Below, piece after piece: positions 12,624 through 23,673 of a DNA stretch of 64,000 nt. The stretch lies in the NCBI GenBank assembly GCA_027450205.1, contig DAIDJL010000002.1, positions 93,758 through 157,757 on the forward strand, read 5' to 3'. This DNA is from Candidatus Parcubacteria bacterium (GTDB lineage: Bacteria; Patescibacteriota; Minisyncoccia; UBA6257; 2-01-FULL-56-20). The translations under genes and the position numbers were made by a program. The notes under the pieces were generated by a model. That model saw nothing but the letters and a program-made list of their open reading frames with translations. It made no database searches and had not been told where the DNA came from. How positions within the stretch are numbered: position 1 is the first letter of the stretch; every line of letters starts with the position of its first letter.

Positions 12624-12983
12624 TTAATCATTCGCAGGCTGCGTGTTTAAGGGTTCGACCTCGCTTTTGGCCTTCTTGTTCTGTTTCCAAAAGAAACCTG
12701 GTCGTATCACTGAGAAACCATCTCTCAGCAATATTGCCCATATTGCGAAAAGAAACACTCCAACCGTTCTCACGGCGTCGTGAAATTCGGGTGTCCGAAT
12801 CGGATGCACCCAACTGAATTCCACAGCGCCATACCACAAGAGTGGCGTGAAAACGTTTAATGCTAAAGCGATGAAGAAAACCCAGACTCGGATTTTCTGT
12901 AGGCGTTGATGTTGTTCCGCCCGCAGCCTACTCCGCTCCAGGCGTTCTTGTTGTCGAGTCAAAGTACTGCCTCCTTTGCCCAT
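12624..12983 (-). CDS. Hypothetical small membrane protein
   Basis: 119-aa ORF with hydrophobic core and a dedicated terminator downstream; no recognisable family. Confidence 0.4.
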   Translation of the reverse strand: MGKGGSTLTRQQERLERSRLRAEQHQRLQKIRVWVFFIALALNVFTPLLWYGAVEFSWVHPIRTPEFHDAVRTVGVFLFAIWAILLRDGFSVIRPGFFWKQNKKAKSEVEPLNTQPAND

Positions 12984-13181
12984 TGCAGGCGCGAATCGCT
13001 TTTAACCTGAACAACAGGCGTATTGATTATACTTAATTTTTTAAAAAAATCAAAATAGTTCTGCGGGGTATCGGACCAAATTCGAACCTATTTTCGGCAG
13101 TTTTCTAATGATTTTGCTGTCTAATATGGAACATGCTATAACCTAGGTAGTAATTATCTCAGCGAAAAAGGAGGGCTACCA

Positions 13182-13748
13182 ATGCCCAGCTTGAAAGTTT
13201 GGAGACTGATCGGAAATGGATTCGTGGGAGTCCTGATCCTGGCGATAGGGAGCTTTGGGTTCTATGTGCTCCCCGCTTCGACAATGCATCACATCATGCC
13301 GTATGCAGGCAGCATGAAAGTCGCCATGAAGGCGCTGTTCTATGCCCCGATTTTCATCCCCACAATCGTCGTGCTCGGCACTCTGGGGTGTTACTATCGC
13401 TTTGAGCGAAGATTCCAAGACGTGTTTCTTTCACTCTTTTTCTTGATGTTCATCACTTCCTTTGTTGCGGTCTTTTTCTATGAAGGAGCGCAGCAGGATT
13501 TTTTGGACAATCATATCGTCTACCAAGGGAATTGCCGGTCGTTTGGCGTCGCAGTCCAAGTAAATGGCAACAGCAGGGATCTTTACGCCAACTTCGCCTG
13601 CGACAACAATCCGGGTTATGTTTTCAGGATATGGGATCCGGATGTCATCGCCTATGTAGCGAATCATCCAGGAGCTCAACCGCTCGCGTATCGACTTTCG
13701 GCGGGGTATACTCTTTCGCCGATTAACACAGTTGCTGAAGTAAAGTAG
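13182..13748 (+). CDS. Hypothetical membrane protein
   Basis: AAGGAGG SD 9 nt upstream, 3-4 predicted TM helices, terminator at 13774-13807. Confidence 0.5.
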   Translation: MPSLKVWRLIGNGFVGVLILAIGSFGFYVLPASTMHHIMPYAGSMKVAMKALFYAPIFIPTIVVLGTLGCYYRFERRFQDVFLSLFFLMFITSFVAVFFYEGAQQDFLDNHIVYQGNCRSFGVAVQVNGNSRDLYANFACDNNPGYVFRIWDPDVIAYVANHPGAQPLAYRLSAGYTLSPINTVAEVK

Positions 13749-13773
13749 TCAACAATCTGAAGAAGTCATTAGG

Positions 13774-13807
13774 GGCGATCCTCATTAAAGATGGATCGCC
13801 TTTTTCT
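13774..13807 (+). terminator. Rho-independent terminator
   Basis: Stem ggcgatcc/ggatcgcc followed by tttttct. Confidence 0.55.
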
Positions 13808-13920
13808 TTGTGTATTATTCAGCAAACGTGCTTAATCCGTTAAACGGATTTAGTGCTCCAGGCAGGACTCGAGCCCACAATCCAATTCTTTTCCGTTTGC
13901 TATTTTTGATACACATCGCG

Positions 13921-14054
13921 GGATTGGCACAGGCGCTGCCTTATGTGTTTTTGAGGGGCTTCGGAGCCGCCAAAGGGCGGCGAGACGGAGCGCGCGGCCA
14001 GCAGGCCGCGACGCGTACCCGAGAAAACGCATAAGGCAGCGCCTGTGCTAATCC
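13921..14054. repeat. 25-bp inverted repeat (one mismatch) flanking an 84-nt GC-rich spacer, 25 nt upstream of the gpmI start
   Basis: Left arm ggattggcacaggcgctgccttatg at 13921-13945; right arm cataaggcagcgcctgtgctaatcc at 14030-14054; the spacer holds further GC hairpins. Confidence 0.7.
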
Positions 14055-14078
14055 CCTCGTTTCATCTAAAATAGAGGA

Positions 14079-15614
14079 ATGGCAAAGAAAACCATGGTGC
14101 TCATCGTGCTCGATGGATGGGGTATTGGAAGGGACGACTTTACGAATCCGCTCTGGGTGGCAAAGCCTCCCACGTTCGAGTGGCTTGCGCAAAATTACCC
14201 CGTCACAAGCCTGCAGGCATCCGGCATCGCCGTCGGGCTTCCGTGGGGCGAGGTCGGCAACAGCGAAGTGGGACACCTTACGCTCGGCGCGGGGAAGGTC
14301 GTCTATCAGTATTACCCGAAGATCACGATGGCCATCCAGGACGGCAGCTTCTTTGAGAACGCGGTGCTCAAGGCCGCCTGCGCGCACGCGCGTGAGAACG
14401 GCGGCGCGATCAACTTTGCGGGACTGCTCACGAAGGCGAACGTGCACGCGTCGCTCGAGCACCTGCAGGCGCTCATCAAAATGGCGCAGCAGGAAGGCGT
14501 GACGAAGATAAACCTGCACCTCTTCGGCGATGGAGAGGACAGCCCGCCGCGGTCGATCGAAAAATTCCTCGGTGAACTGCCGGGGGAATATCTCGCGAGC
14601 CTCGTCGGCCGCTATTATGCGATGGACCGCAACCAGAACTGGCGGCTTACGCAGACCGCGTACGACGCGATGGTCGGCACCGCGGGCGCGGTCGTGGAAG
14701 ATCCCATGGCGGCGGTCGAAAAAATATTCACACAGGGCACCACCGAAGAATATCTTCCTGCGCTCCGATTTTCGGACGATAAAAAACTGCAGGACGGGGA
14801 CGCGCTCGTGTTCTTCAATTACCGCGAGGACAGCATCCGCCAGCTCGCATCCGCGTTCATCACGAAAGGATTCGATCATTTTCCGATCGTGCCGTTGCAC
14901 AACGTGTATATCGCGACGTTCACCCATTACGACGACGCGCTCGACGCGCCGGTCGCGTTCCCCGCAGATAATGTCACGGACCCGATCGGGAAGGTGCTAA
15001 GCGACGCCGGCGCGACCCAGCTGCGGCTTGCCGAAACGTACAAATACGCGCACGTCACCTATTTCTTCAACGGCCTCCGCGAACCGCCGTACAAAGGGGA
15101 GTACCGGACCCTCGTGCCGTCAAATACGAATCCCCATCCCGAAGAGCATCCCGAGATGATGGCGGCCGCGGTCACCGACCGCCTTATCGAATCCATCCAG
15201 AGCCGCGGATTTGATTTTATTCTCGTGAACTACGCGAACCCCGACACGATCGCGCATACCGCCAACTTCAACGCCGCGCTCGAGGCCATAAAAGTGATCG
15301 ATGCGCAGATCTCGCGCATCGTAAAGGCCGCTGACAACCCCGACACGCTCCTCTTCATCACCTCCGACCACGGGAACATAGAAGTGATGCTTGATAAGGT
15401 CACGGGCGAACCCGAAAGCTCGCACGATGCCAGCCCCGTGCCGTTCTATCTCGTCGGCCAGCAGTTCCGCGGACGCAAATTTGTGAACGGCGACCGGCTG
15501 GCGCTTGAGACGCTTGGCTCCCTCGCCGACGTTGCGCCGACGATCCTTGCCATAATGGGGATCCCCAAGCCGCCGGACATGAGCGGAAACAGCCTGTTGG
15601 ACGGGCTGATCTAA
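14079..15614 (+). CDS. gpmI: 2,3-bisphosphoglycerate-independent phosphoglycerate mutase
   Basis: 511 aa, VLIVLDGWG ... SDHGN metal-binding motifs. Confidence 0.9.
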   Translation: MAKKTMVLIVLDGWGIGRDDFTNPLWVAKPPTFEWLAQNYPVTSLQASGIAVGLPWGEVGNSEVGHLTLGAGKVVYQYYPKITMAIQDGSFFENAVLKAACAHARENGGAINFAGLLTKANVHASLEHLQALIKMAQQEGVTKINLHLFGDGEDSPPRSIEKFLGELPGEYLASLVGRYYAMDRNQNWRLTQTAYDAMVGTAGAVVEDPMAAVEKIFTQGTTEEYLPALRFSDDKKLQDGDALVFFNYREDSIRQLASAFITKGFDHFPIVPLHNVYIATFTHYDDALDAPVAFPADNVTDPIGKVLSDAGATQLRLAETYKYAHVTYFFNGLREPPYKGEYRTLVPSNTNPHPEEHPEMMAAAVTDRLIESIQSRGFDFILVNYANPDTIAHTANFNAALEAIKVIDAQISRIVKAADNPDTLLFITSDHGNIEVMLDKVTGEPESSHDASPVPFYLVGQQFRGRKFVNGDRLALETLGSLADVAPTILAIMGIPKPPDMSGNSLLDGLI

Positions 15615-15635
15615 AACGGATGCTATAATGGAACA

Positions 15636-16004
15636 ATGCACTGGCTCGCGCGTCTCGTAATAGTAGTGGGCGGCAACGCGATCGCGCTCTGGATCGCGAA
15701 TGCCTTCGTGCCGGGCTTCGTGCTCTCCGGCAACTGGCTCGTCATCATCCTCATCGCGCTCGTGTTCGCCCTGCTTAACTTCTTCCTGAAGCCCCTCCTT
15801 ACGCTCATTCTCGGCCCGGTCATCGTGCTGACCCTCGGGCTCGGCGTCCTTGTAGTGAACGCCATCATCCTCTACCTCCTCCCCGTCATCGCCGATCACA
15901 TTGACATCCTGCGTGGGAGTATTATGATACAGAACATTCCGGCGCTCATCTTCGCCACCCTTATCGTAAGCATCATCAACTTCATCATTCACGTCGCATT
16001 ATAA
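15636..16004 (+). CDS. Phage holin family 4 / DUF360-like small membrane protein
   Basis: 122 aa, 3-4 TM helices, LTLGLGVLVVNAI pattern. Confidence 0.6.
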   Translation: MHWLARLVIVVGGNAIALWIANAFVPGFVLSGNWLVIILIALVFALLNFFLKPLLTLILGPVIVLTLGLGVLVVNAIILYLLPVIADHIDILRGSIMIQNIPALIFATLIVSIINFIIHVAL

Positions 16005-16020
16005 TCTTTTCTCACCGCCC

Positions 16021-16242
16021 ATGACCCTCGCCATTATCCAGATCATCCTCTCCGTGCTCATCATCGCGCTCATCCTTTTGCAGGAACGGTCTTCCGGCAT
16101 GTCGGGGCTCATGGGCGGCAGCGGCGAGGGATATTACCAGGCGCGCCGCGGCATGGAGAAACTGGTCTTTTATTCAACGATCGTCCTATCGGTGGCGTTC
16201 GTCGCGCTCGCGATATACCAGCTTTTCATCCAGACGCATTAA
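16021..16242 (+). CDS. secG: Preprotein translocase subunit SecG
   Basis: 73 aa, two TM helices, LLQ...GMSGLMGGSGEG glycine-rich loop. Confidence 0.75.
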   Translation: MTLAIIQIILSVLIIALILLQERSSGMSGLMGGSGEGYYQARRGMEKLVFYSTIVLSVAFVALAIYQLFIQTH

Positions 16243-16251
16243 TTTTTAAAT

Positions 16252-17898
16252 ATGTGGCCCAAGAAGGTCTTTGCCGCGCTCACTAAAAAAGAACGCATTA
16301 CATTCGTTCTGGCCCTCGCCGGAGCGGTCGTCAGTTTTGCGGTCGTGATGGGATTTGTGATCGCCCAGACCACCAGGGCCGTGCCCACGGTCGGCGGCGA
16401 ATACACGGAAGGCATGCTCGGCCAGCCGGAATATATCAATCCGGTCATCGCCTCATCGCAGGCCGACCTTGACCTGGTAAAGATGGTCTATAGCAACCTG
16501 CAGGACCTTTCCGACAGCATTACGCCGAGCGCAGACCTTAAAACGTGGGATGTACGCCTTAAGCAGGGACTCACCTGGCAGGACGGGCAACAGCTTACGA
16601 GCGATGACGTGATCTTTACCGTACAATCCATCCAGAACCCCGATGCAAAATCCCCGCTGGCGGAAAGCTGGCAGGGCGTCACCGTCAACCGCGTAAGCGA
16701 GCTCGAGGTGCAATTCACGCTCACCAACCCCTACGCGTTCTTCGGCGACACGCTCGACAATCTTTATATCCTGCCGAAGCATCTTTTTGCGGACACGCCG
16801 CCGGGCAACTGGCATCTTTCCGACTACAACCTGAAGCCGGTCGGCAGCGGCCCGTATCAATTCGTTTCGTACGACAAAAACAGCGACGGGTTCATCTCTT
16901 CGTATCAGCTTGCTGCGTGGAACGGGACGGTTGAAGCGCACCCGCTCATTCAAAATTTCACCATTAATTTTTTCAATGACGAGAACACGCTCGTGCAGGC
17001 GTTCAATGACGGGATGATCGACGGGTTCGGCAATGCTTCGCCCGAGGACATCGCGGAGATAACGCGTCCGGACAACACCTTCGCATGGCCGACGTCGGCG
17101 TATTACGCGGTGTTCTTCAATCAAAGCGTCAACCTCGGCCTGCAGGACCCGGCGGTGCGCGAGGCGCTCTCGGTGGCGGTGGATCGCAACGCACTGATCA
17201 ACGCCGCGCTCGGCGGCAATGGCACGCCGGCGTACGGGCCGATCCCGCAGGGCGCGCAAAACTACAGCGCCGTCACTCCGGTCACATCTTCCGCAGCGTT
17301 CGCCGAGAGCCTGCTTGATAACGCCGGCTGGACCATGAGCAGTTCAAGCGTGTTCCGCTCAAAAACGATCAAGGGCGTCACCGTGCCGCTCGTCGTAAAC
17401 CTGACCGTGCCGCAGATCGATTTCCTTGCAAAGACCGCAAGCTATCTCCAGACCGCGTGGCAAGCCATCGGCGTACAGGTGAACGTGATCCCCGTCGCGT
17501 CGAACGACATCGTGAACAGCCTCATTCCCGCACGCAACTATGAATCGCTCCTCTTCGGCAACGTGCTCGGCCCGAGCTCGGACCTCTATTCATTCTGGGA
17601 TTCCTCGCAGGATTTCGCGCCGGGGCTCAATCTATCGCTTTATAACAATCCGACCGTGAATTCGCTCATCGAGCGGGCGCGGCAGAACACGTCAAGCACC
17701 GCGATCGCAAACGAGCTCGCCGCGGCGCAGGCGGACATCGTTGCCGACTATCCCGCCGTCTTCCTGTATTCCCCCGACTATGTGTATGTGTCCAACAAGA
17801 CCATACAGGGCATCTCTCCCGGCTTCCTTACCGACCCCTCGGACCGGTTTCGGGAAGTGGAGGGCTGGTATCTGAACACCGCGCGGGTGCTCAAATAA
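16252..17898 (+). CDS. Family 5 ABC-type substrate-binding protein (peptide/nickel-like), membrane-anchored; no adjacent permease or ATPase
   Basis: 548 aa, N-terminal TM helix, SBP_bac_5-like length and motifs. Confidence 0.7.
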   Translation: MWPKKVFAALTKKERITFVLALAGAVVSFAVVMGFVIAQTTRAVPTVGGEYTEGMLGQPEYINPVIASSQADLDLVKMVYSNLQDLSDSITPSADLKTWDVRLKQGLTWQDGQQLTSDDVIFTVQSIQNPDAKSPLAESWQGVTVNRVSELEVQFTLTNPYAFFGDTLDNLYILPKHLFADTPPGNWHLSDYNLKPVGSGPYQFVSYDKNSDGFISSYQLAAWNGTVEAHPLIQNFTINFFNDENTLVQAFNDGMIDGFGNASPEDIAEITRPDNTFAWPTSAYYAVFFNQSVNLGLQDPAVREALSVAVDRNALINAALGGNGTPAYGPIPQGAQNYSAVTPVTSSAAFAESLLDNAGWTMSSSSVFRSKTIKGVTVPLVVNLTVPQIDFLAKTASYLQTAWQAIGVQVNVIPVASNDIVNSLIPARNYESLLFGNVLGPSSDLYSFWDSSQDFAPGLNLSLYNNPTVNSLIERARQNTSSTAIANELAAAQADIVADYPAVFLYSPDYVYVSNKTIQGISPGFLTDPSDRFREVEGWYLNTARVLK

Positions 17899-17908
17899 AT
17901 TCAATATC

Positions 17909-18664
17909 ATGGAAAATTATTATTCTTCCGTCGCCCCGATCATCGAAGAGGCAGGCGTTGAACTAAGAAAAGGGTTTGGACAGGCCGATGCCGTAGCTTT
18001 CAAATCCACCCACCATGGTTCTGCGGTCACTGAATTCGATCGAAATATAGAACGGCTCATCGCTCAGCGGCTGGGCAAGATCTATCCCGATATAAGATTC
18101 TTCGGCGAAGAGTTCGGAGGAGATGATAAAGCGGAACGGTTTTGGCTTGTTGACCCCATCGACGGCACTTCGAATTTTATCCGAGGCCTTCCATTTTCAA
18201 CCACGATGATAGCTCTCATCCAGGAAGGATGTCCCGTCTTTTCAATCATTTACAATTTTATGACAAAAGAAATGTATTCTGCCGCGAAGGGAGCGGGGGC
18301 GACGTTGAATGGTAATGCTATCCATGTAAGCAATCGCCCGCTCGACCACTCTTACGTCTTTGTAGAAACCAATAAGCATAAAAAGGAGAATCTTGAAAAA
18401 TATCTCCACATTAATCAAAAATTCAGTATCTACGCCACCAAAAATAGCGGATTTGAATATTGCATGGTGGCAAGCGGAAAGATAGAAGGGCGTATAACGT
18501 TCGGCGATCCTCCCGGCAAGGATTGGGATTATGCTCCCGGCGCCCTGTTAGTCGCCGAAGCCGGCGGCATAGTTAAAAATCTCGGTAGCAATACATATGA
18601 TTATCGGAACCACGAGTTCATAGCGGCGAATGAGGAAGTCTATGGAGAATTGAGCAGTCTGTAA
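17909..18664 (+). CDS. Inositol monophosphatase family protein
   Basis: WLVDPIDGTSNF motif, 251 aa. Confidence 0.8.
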   Translation: MENYYSSVAPIIEEAGVELRKGFGQADAVAFKSTHHGSAVTEFDRNIERLIAQRLGKIYPDIRFFGEEFGGDDKAERFWLVDPIDGTSNFIRGLPFSTTMIALIQEGCPVFSIIYNFMTKEMYSAAKGAGATLNGNAIHVSNRPLDHSYVFVETNKHKKENLEKYLHINQKFSIYATKNSGFEYCMVASGKIEGRITFGDPPGKDWDYAPGALLVAEAGGIVKNLGSNTYDYRNHEFIAANEEVYGELSSL

Positions 18665-18686
18665 TAAAAATATTTAAAGATTTTAT

Positions 18687-18845
18687 CCCTCCCCCATGGC
18701 ACACTATTGAAAAGCAGTTCGCGGAGGCGATGCCGGCTTGGTCGTTCATTCTGATGAACGCAGCATCGCCGAGCGCACAGGCGGACGCGCGCCGCAGGAG
18801 CGCGCGGACCGCCGGTGCTTTTCAATAGTGTGCCATGGGGGAGGG
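18687..18845. repeat. Perfect 29-bp inverted repeat flanking a 101-nt GC-rich spacer, between the IMPase gene and tRNA-Leu
   Basis: ccctcccccatggcacactattgaaaagc at 18687-18715 and its exact reverse complement at 18817-18845. Confidence 0.8.
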
Positions 18846-18914
18846 AGAGGATTGACTTTTGCGATATTCCCATGATATGCTTTAATCACTAAGACCGATC
18901 CTCCTTTTGAAGGT

Positions 18915-19451
<537 letters not shown>

Positions 19452-19478
19452 ATAAATTAAACACGCAGCAACATAACT

Positions 19479-21488
19479 ATGATCAAAAAGAACGAAAATA
19501 CAAATCAGGCGCCCGCGCAGAAAGAGCGCCCCAGAATAAAACCGCCGGAGATCCGGCCGCGTGCACCGATGCCGATACCCGGTAAACCCGGGATGACACC
19601 GGCCAGGCCCGCAGGCCCGAACCCGGCATATCCGCCGTCACCGCGCCCGGAGCAATCGCCCGCGCGCCCGCAGCGCGGCGGAGGAGGAGGCTCGCGCAGA
19701 GAAAAAGACGCCCGGCGCGAATTCCGGCACGGCCCCGGCGCTCCGCGCGCCGCGGGAACGCATCCGCAGAACTCAAAGATGGGGCCGAAGCCGCAGGTCG
19801 CGCGCGACCCGAACGAAAAATCAAATCCCGACGCGGTGCGCCTGGTGCCGCTGGGCGGCCTTGAAGAGATCGGCCGCAACTGCTCGTTCCTGGAGTACAA
19901 GAACGAGATCGTGATCATCGACATGGGACTCCAGTTCCCGGAGGAAGAGACGCCGGGTATCGATTACATCATCCCGAACATCGAATATCTTGAAAAGAAA
20001 AAGCAGAACATCGCGGGCATCATTTTGACGCACGGCCACTACGACCACATCGGCGCCCTGCCGCACGTGCTCGCCCGCCTCGGCAATCCGCCGATCTACG
20101 CGACCTCCATCACGAAAGCGATCATCGAGAAACGCTCGGACGATTTTCCGAATGCGCCGAAGATGAACGTAAAGATCGTCAAGAACGGCGACGAAATAAA
20201 GCTGTCGAACAATATGACGGCGCTCTTTTTCGGCGTGCCACACACGATCCCGGAGACGACCGGCGTGATGATGAAGACCCCGATCGGCAATATCGTGCAC
20301 TTTGCGGACTTCCGCCTGGATTACGACGACGAAGGCAACCCGCACGGGCTCGAGGAATTCGAGAAGCTCGGCAAGATGGGCGTGCACACGTTCATGGTGG
20401 ACTCCACCGCAGCGGAGCGCCCGGGGCACTCGGTCTCGGAAAAGACCGTTGAGAAGAATCTGGAGGAGATATTCAAGAGATCGGAAGGGCGCATCATTGT
20501 CGCCACCTTCGCTTCGCTCATCACGCGCATCGCGGAGATCATCAAGATCGCCGAGAAGATCGGCCGCAAGGTCGCGCTGAACGGCTATTCCATGAAGACG
20601 AACATCCAGATCGCGCAGGGGCTCGGCTTCGTCAAAGCAAAAGAAGGCACGATCATTTCCGTAGAAGAGGTCAATAAATACAAAGATGATAAGGTGATGA
20701 TCCTTTCCACCGGCGCACAGGGCGAATCCAACGCCGGCCTCATGAAGATCATCAACGGCGAGCACCGGCACATCAAGATCAAGCCGGGCGACACGTTCGT
20801 GCTCTCGTCGTCCGTCATTCCGGGCAACGAGCGCAGCGTGCAGACGGTCAAGGATAACCTCGCCCGCCAGGGCGCGATCGTCTACCACTCCGCGCTCGTG
20901 GACATCCACTCCTCCGGCCATGCGCCGAAGGATGACATCGCGCTCGTCATCAAGCTCCTCAAGCCGAAATTCCTCATGCCGGTGCACGGCTACTACTTCA
21001 TGCGCGCCGCGAACGGCCAGACCGCGCGCGAATCGGGCGTGCAGAAAGACAACGTGCGCCTGATGGACAACGGCCAGGTGGCAGAACTCACCAAAGACGC
21101 GTTCAAAGTGACGAAAGAAGAGGTCCCCGCTTACTATGTGATGGTGGACGGCCTCGGCGTCGGCGACGTGGAAGAGGTCGTCTTGCGCGACCGCCGCGCC
21201 CTCGCCGCAGAAGGCATGCTCGTGATCATCCTCACGGTCGACCGCGACAAGGGCCGCCTGCTCAAGAATCCCGACATCATCTCGCGCGGCTTCATCTATC
21301 TTAAAGATAACCAGGAGATCCTGGACGAGATCCGCAAGCGCATCCGCGGCCTCATGACGCGCATCCCGAACTTCAAAGAAGTGGAGCCCGATTACATAAA
21401 GACGCTGTTGCGCGATCAGGTCGGCCAATATCTGTATACGAAGACCAAGCGCCGGCCGATGATTTTGCCGGTGGTGATAGAGATATAA
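19479..21488 (+). CDS. rnj: Ribonuclease J with a Pro/Gly/Arg-rich N-terminal extension of about 115 aa
   Basis: THGHYDH metallo-beta-lactamase motif, beta-CASP and RNase J C-terminal regions; N-terminus is low-complexity PxP-rich. Confidence 0.9.
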   Translation: MIKKNENTNQAPAQKERPRIKPPEIRPRAPMPIPGKPGMTPARPAGPNPAYPPSPRPEQSPARPQRGGGGGSRREKDARREFRHGPGAPRAAGTHPQNSKMGPKPQVARDPNEKSNPDAVRLVPLGGLEEIGRNCSFLEYKNEIVIIDMGLQFPEEETPGIDYIIPNIEYLEKKKQNIAGIILTHGHYDHIGALPHVLARLGNPPIYATSITKAIIEKRSDDFPNAPKMNVKIVKNGDEIKLSNNMTALFFGVPHTIPETTGVMMKTPIGNIVHFADFRLDYDDEGNPHGLEEFEKLGKMGVHTFMVDSTAAERPGHSVSEKTVEKNLEEIFKRSEGRIIVATFASLITRIAEIIKIAEKIGRKVALNGYSMKTNIQIAQGLGFVKAKEGTIISVEEVNKYKDDKVMILSTGAQGESNAGLMKIINGEHRHIKIKPGDTFVLSSSVIPGNERSVQTVKDNLARQGAIVYHSALVDIHSSGHAPKDDIALVIKLLKPKFLMPVHGYYFMRAANGQTARESGVQKDNVRLMDNGQVAELTKDAFKVTKEEVPAYYVMVDGLGVGDVEEVVLRDRRALAAEGMLVIILTVDRDKGRLLKNPDIISRGFIYLKDNQEILDEIRKRIRGLMTRIPNFKEVEPDYIKTLLRDQVGQYLYTKTKRRPMILPVVIEI

Positions 21489-21504
21489 GAACTGTCTGCC
21501 GTTC

Positions 21505-22245
21505 CTATTTCAAGAGCTCCAACAAATCATCTTTCCAGCCTTGATGGATCGCATCGGAAAGGAACCTATTCGATGGACACGTTGTCCTCGGGTTGATCTC
21601 GCGGTGACCGAAAATACGCTCGTGGGCGACCTGCGGATAACGTTCTTTGATGATGCCTGCTGCGGCAACGAGTTCTGTATCCGATGGTCGGGCGTTCTCA
21701 AGATCGCCGTCAAAACAGATTGCGATGCTTCGGCAGTTCATATCCCAGTCCCCGGCCTGCCAGCCAATTTCATCGTCGCTTAATAACCGCTCGACCACCC
21801 CATCGCTTCGCACAAACCAATGATACGGCCAGAACACTTGGCGACCATTACGAAAATGGCCCGAGTAAATTGGCCGTCCTTTTATTTTTTTATCAGCTTT
21901 ATATTTTGGCGCGGCGAATTCGGGAGCATAGAGGCGGATAAGTTCCATCCCGGAAAGCCTCTCCGTGGTCATACCGGGCGGATTGCTTGTGTGGTGGATG
22001 ATGACCGCATCGATCGGCTTGCGCTCGGCATCGGCATTCGGAGGATCGTTGTCGAGCGCAATATCACCAGCCGCAAGATGCTCGGCAAAAAAATCATAGA
22101 GTTCAATTTTAAGAAGTTCTTGCTCCGCATCGCTCTTCCCGCGCGATTGCCTGCGTAACTCTTCCAATTCCGGAAGGATCGCGATATACCAGTCGGAATT
22201 TTTTAAGAGCGGCGCCCAGCGTGATTTTATTTCGTCGATGACCAT
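21505..22245 (-). CDS. N-acetylmuramoyl-L-alanine amidase (Amidase_2 / PGRP-like)
   Basis: IIHHTS ... GHREI ... TCP zinc-ligand pattern, 246 aa. Confidence 0.75.
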   Translation of the reverse strand: MVIDEIKSRWAPLLKNSDWYIAILPELEELRRQSRGKSDAEQELLKIELYDFFAEHLAAGDIALDNDPPNADAERKPIDAVIIHHTSNPPGMTTERLSGMELIRLYAPEFAAPKYKADKKIKGRPIYSGHFRNGRQVFWPYHWFVRSDGVVERLLSDDEIGWQAGDWDMNCRSIAICFDGDLENARPSDTELVAAAGIIKERYPQVAHERIFGHREINPRTTCPSNRFLSDAIHQGWKDDLLELLK

Positions 22246-22286
22246 ATGGTTTATTATAACAACCGCGCACGTGATATAATCACTAT

Positions 22287-23267
<981 letters not shown>

Positions 23268-23308
23268 CGCATTCGTTTTCAAATTATTAAAATTTGGTTA
23301 AAAAGTTT

Positions 23309-23336
23309 TTGACATGCCTGTCGCCGTCGCTACAAT
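23309..23336 (+). promoter_or_regulatory. Near-consensus sigma70-type promoter TTGACA-16-TACAAT
   Basis: TTGACA at 23309-23314, TACAAT at 23331-23336, then GGGAGA and the ATG at 23344. Confidence 0.5.
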
Positions 23337-23343
23337 GGGGAGA

Positions 23344-23667
23344 ATGGCGGAGCGAATCACGCTTGAACAATTGGCGCAGGGCATCGGCGATCTTGGAACG
23401 ATCATCCATGCCGGTTTCGCGTACAACGAAACGAAGTTCGGGGATATAGAAACCCGCTTCACATCAATCGAAGAATATATGGCGAAAGAATTCGGATCCA
23501 TCAGAAATCGCCTCGACACCGTCGAATATGGGATCCGGCAGATGCAAAAGGATTTTGTCGCGTTGGACGAGGAAATCCGCGGCATCCACAAAGTCATCGA
23601 CAACCTGAACATCCGCGTCATGACGCTCGAACGGAATTTTGGCGCAGCGCCGCTCTTCCCGGCGTGA
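23344..23667 (+). CDS. Hypothetical coiled-coil protein
   Basis: 107 aa. The start was moved to the ATG after the promoter and SD; the ORF-track start at 23314 lies inside the -35/-10 region. Confidence 0.5.
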   Translation: MAERITLEQLAQGIGDLGTIIHAGFAYNETKFGDIETRFTSIEEYMAKEFGSIRNRLDTVEYGIRQMQKDFVALDEEIRGIHKVIDNLNIRVMTLERNFGAAPLFPA

Positions 23668-23673
23668 TAGGCG

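Noticed and set aside
13941-14927. 328-aa minus-strand ORF and the 13810..14034 plus-strand ORF
   Set aside because: Antisense to gpmI or lying within the upstream inverted-repeat element. The shared GLAQALPY peptide in both is simply the inverted repeat translated on opposite strands.
19821-21428. 535-aa minus-strand ORF
   Set aside because: Entirely antisense to the well-supported RNase J gene in GC-rich DNA; Arg/Asp/Ala/His-rich composition is typical of an antisense artefact; no motifs.
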